A DNA stretch of 64,000 nucleotides from Azolla caroliniana (Eukaryota > Plantae > Polypodiophyta), in NCBI GenBank assembly GCA_043228905.1, contig JBHGNT010000010.1:8246001-8310000 (forward strand). Reading direction: 5' to 3'. Shown here one piece after another: positions 61,860 through 64,000 of the stretch. The position numbers and the translations under genes were made by a program. The notes below the pieces were generated by a model, which was not told where the DNA came from, ran no database searches, and saw nothing but the letters and a program-made list of their open reading frames with translations. Position 1 is the first letter of the stretch, and the number at the start of each line of letters is the position of its first letter.

Positions 61860-62632
61860 CAGGTCTTGAATGAAGCACAACGTGCCGTTCTTCTTTGGCA
61901 CCGTAAACCACCGGTTCGAATATGGGGCACTCGACGGTTCGAGGATGCCCATCTCCAGCTTTTGCTTCAAAAGCTCCATCATCTTCGGGATGTGAGCTCT
62001 CGGCACCGGAATCGGTTTGAGATTCCACGGTACATGCGATACCGTGAAGATCACCATCGGTTCGACGATCGTCAGGTCCACGCACCCGATCTCCTCCGGC
62101 GAGAACGCGAAGGCTTTCCCATGCCTTCCGAGCATTCTCCGAAACCTGTCCTCCTCCGCCGGCAGTAGAAAGCCACCCCGTAGTGTTATGTCGGTGAACC
62201 GGTGCCCTATGCCAACTGGATTCCGTAAACTTGCGTCCGACGCGACCCCTTTTATCCGCTCCTCACTGCCCTCCGGCAAGGGTGTCGCGACTGGCCTTAC
62301 CTTCCGGTCCACAATCTTGTACTTTGTATCCACGCGGGCCGTCCGATCCGACCCGATCTTTTCCCCGAAGTCCGCGATGACTTGGTACATTCCCATCGAA
62401 CCAACCGGAACAGTCCGGTCTTCTCTAAGGTCTTCACCAATCACCTTTCGCAACTCGCCCAAGGTGTCATCAAAAGAGACCGCCTCCACGGCGCCGCTGA
62501 TTTCTTCGTCGGGGGAGAGGACTCCGCATCCCCTGAGCCGCTCCTCCACTTGCTTCCTCTCTCGGCCACTAATGTTGGCTATAGTACAACCTCCGTTTCG
62601 GAGAACCAAAACTTCCTACCTACTGTACATGT

Positions 62633-62698
62633 GTGGGGTTGTTCCGGTACGTCTGGACTACCGCAACCCCACGCCTTGATAGCCCTCTCTAAAAATCC
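62633..62698 (-). promoter_or_regulatory. Second copy of the candidate -1 frameshift signal
   Basis: Minus strand G GAT TTT TAG; stem 1 GGGCTATC/GGTAGTCC (62678-62685 / 62655-62662); loop GTGGGGTTG (62664-62672) complementary to CAACCCCAC (62633-62641). Confidence 0.72.
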
Positions 62699-64000
62699 CC
62701 TCGGCTGTCGCCGCCGAGGGTCTCGCGATTCCTCTCATGGTTTGGACATACGGTCATGAATTGGACGGAATGCCGTCCGTCTTGGCTCTTGACGTGCGTG
62801 TACGCCGAACCGTTGTCCAACACCTTCGTCTCCATGCGTGTTGCCGTAGTGTATGGTTCGCTGAGAATCACCGGGTGCGAGGATGTTTCCTGCACGAAGA
62901 AATGTTGATCTATCTCGACGTCACCGATCACTCGGGCACATTCGGGCACGCACCATGCAACTCCTCCGTAGCACGCGTCGCCGCACGTATCTTCCACCCA
63001 TGCTTGGTGTTGATCGGCCATTTACCCTTCTTGTAGAAATCCATGGACATCAGGTTGATTTCGGATCCATAGTCTACCAAGGCCACCACCGGTTCCAGAA
63101 CGTCGCCGATCCGCACAGGGGTTTCCGTAGTTACCCTGGCCCAATGCGGCTTCGCGTAGTGGCTTTCCGCCAACTCGTCTTCTAGGGCCGTGTCTTCTAA
63201 GTGCGTAGTCCGCACCTCCCCCGGCTTCTCCGATTCCGGCTCCGTCGAGAGCCTGTTCCGTTTTACCAAGTCTACGATGGAGTCGTGGAAGTCCCTCTTG
63301 GCGATTCCCAACACCTCCCACAATGACATCTCCACTTTACTGTCGAGGATCCGCTCTTCAAGGACCTTCCGTAGGTCCATTGCTCTCTCGATTTCGGTGC
63401 TGAACCGAAACCCCGCCTGCTTCTTCCCATCCGGCGCGCCTGGGTTGCCGGCACCGGTCGGTTTCGGTCCGAACCGGGTCTCGTACCTCTCCGGGGGACC
63501 GACCCCTCCGACCTTTCCTACCCGTTTGTCTTCCACCAGAACCTCGTAGTTCTGGCAAGCGGCTTCTACGAAGCCCGTTTTCTCTTCAACTGGATCGTCC
63601 CATCCGGTGACCTCCTAGACCCGTTATTCCACGCGGTCTGCCTCTTCCTTCTTCAACCGAACTCCGGAGAGGCCTTCTAGCACTAGCGGCCAGAATCCGG
63701 AATCCTTCGCCTTCCGGGTCTCATCACCGCCGACACTGAGTAGTTAACGGCTTCTACATGTCGTGCCGCGGCCTCTTCCATCAACCTCTTCATTCCGCCG
63801 TGCCCCGTATTCAGTTCTAGGGCTCTCTGGGTCTCGCTCGCGTGCACCAGCCCATTCCAAAGGTACACCACGTTGGTCCTAAGTGCGTCGGTGAAATCCG
63901 CGCAATCCTTCCGAATGTGACCGATCGCGTCACACCACATGCACCGCTGCCCAGCCGGCGGCCTCCGATCGTGAGGTTGTTCGCCGCTGTCTCTCCGGGC

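Larger units (their letters stand above)
55463..64000 (-). mobile_element. Decayed Ty3/gypsy element of the same lineage as 20000-27076; 5' part outside the window; split by an insertion at 58750-61859
   Basis: 3' LTR 55463-56084 (TGTCGCGAAG...CTTCACGACA); G-rich PPT; frameshifted IN/RH/RT pieces 56154-58749; FIQDL|QP joins across TSD CAGGT; gag-PR pieces 62689-64000 (WCDAIGHIRKDC, ALVDYGSEIN). Confidence 0.93.

Overview
Eukaryotic land-plant genomic DNA made almost entirely of nested retrotransposons. The lineage cannot be proven from sequence, although the element types suggest a non-seed plant such as a fern or lycophyte. One host gene, a 3-exon CASP-like membrane protein gene (minus strand, 35150-36043), sits in an AT-rich island at about 32.4-39.6 kb. 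The left cluster holds decayed LINEs interrupted by Ty1/copia elements, a decayed Ty3/gypsy element, and a very young Ty3/gypsy element (20000-27076; tRNA-Trp PBS, 4-bp TSD). The right cluster holds a hAT-type MITE and a five-layer nest (LINE > copia > Tork-like copia > gypsy > non-coding LTR element), including one copia with an intact 1357-aa polyprotein. The most notable signals are RNA-structural. (1) A GGAUUUU slippery site plus stop plus H-type pseudoknot lies at the gag-protease/pol junction and is conserved with pairing-preserving changes in two divergent gypsy elements, making it a candidate -1 programmed ribosomal frameshift. (2) ENE-like U-rich internal-loop hairpins occur in five copia LTR copies and in a gypsy 3' region. 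(3) A covarying 3' terminal stem-loop is shared by two LINE families. Coordinates were counted by hand, and divergence counts are by eye.
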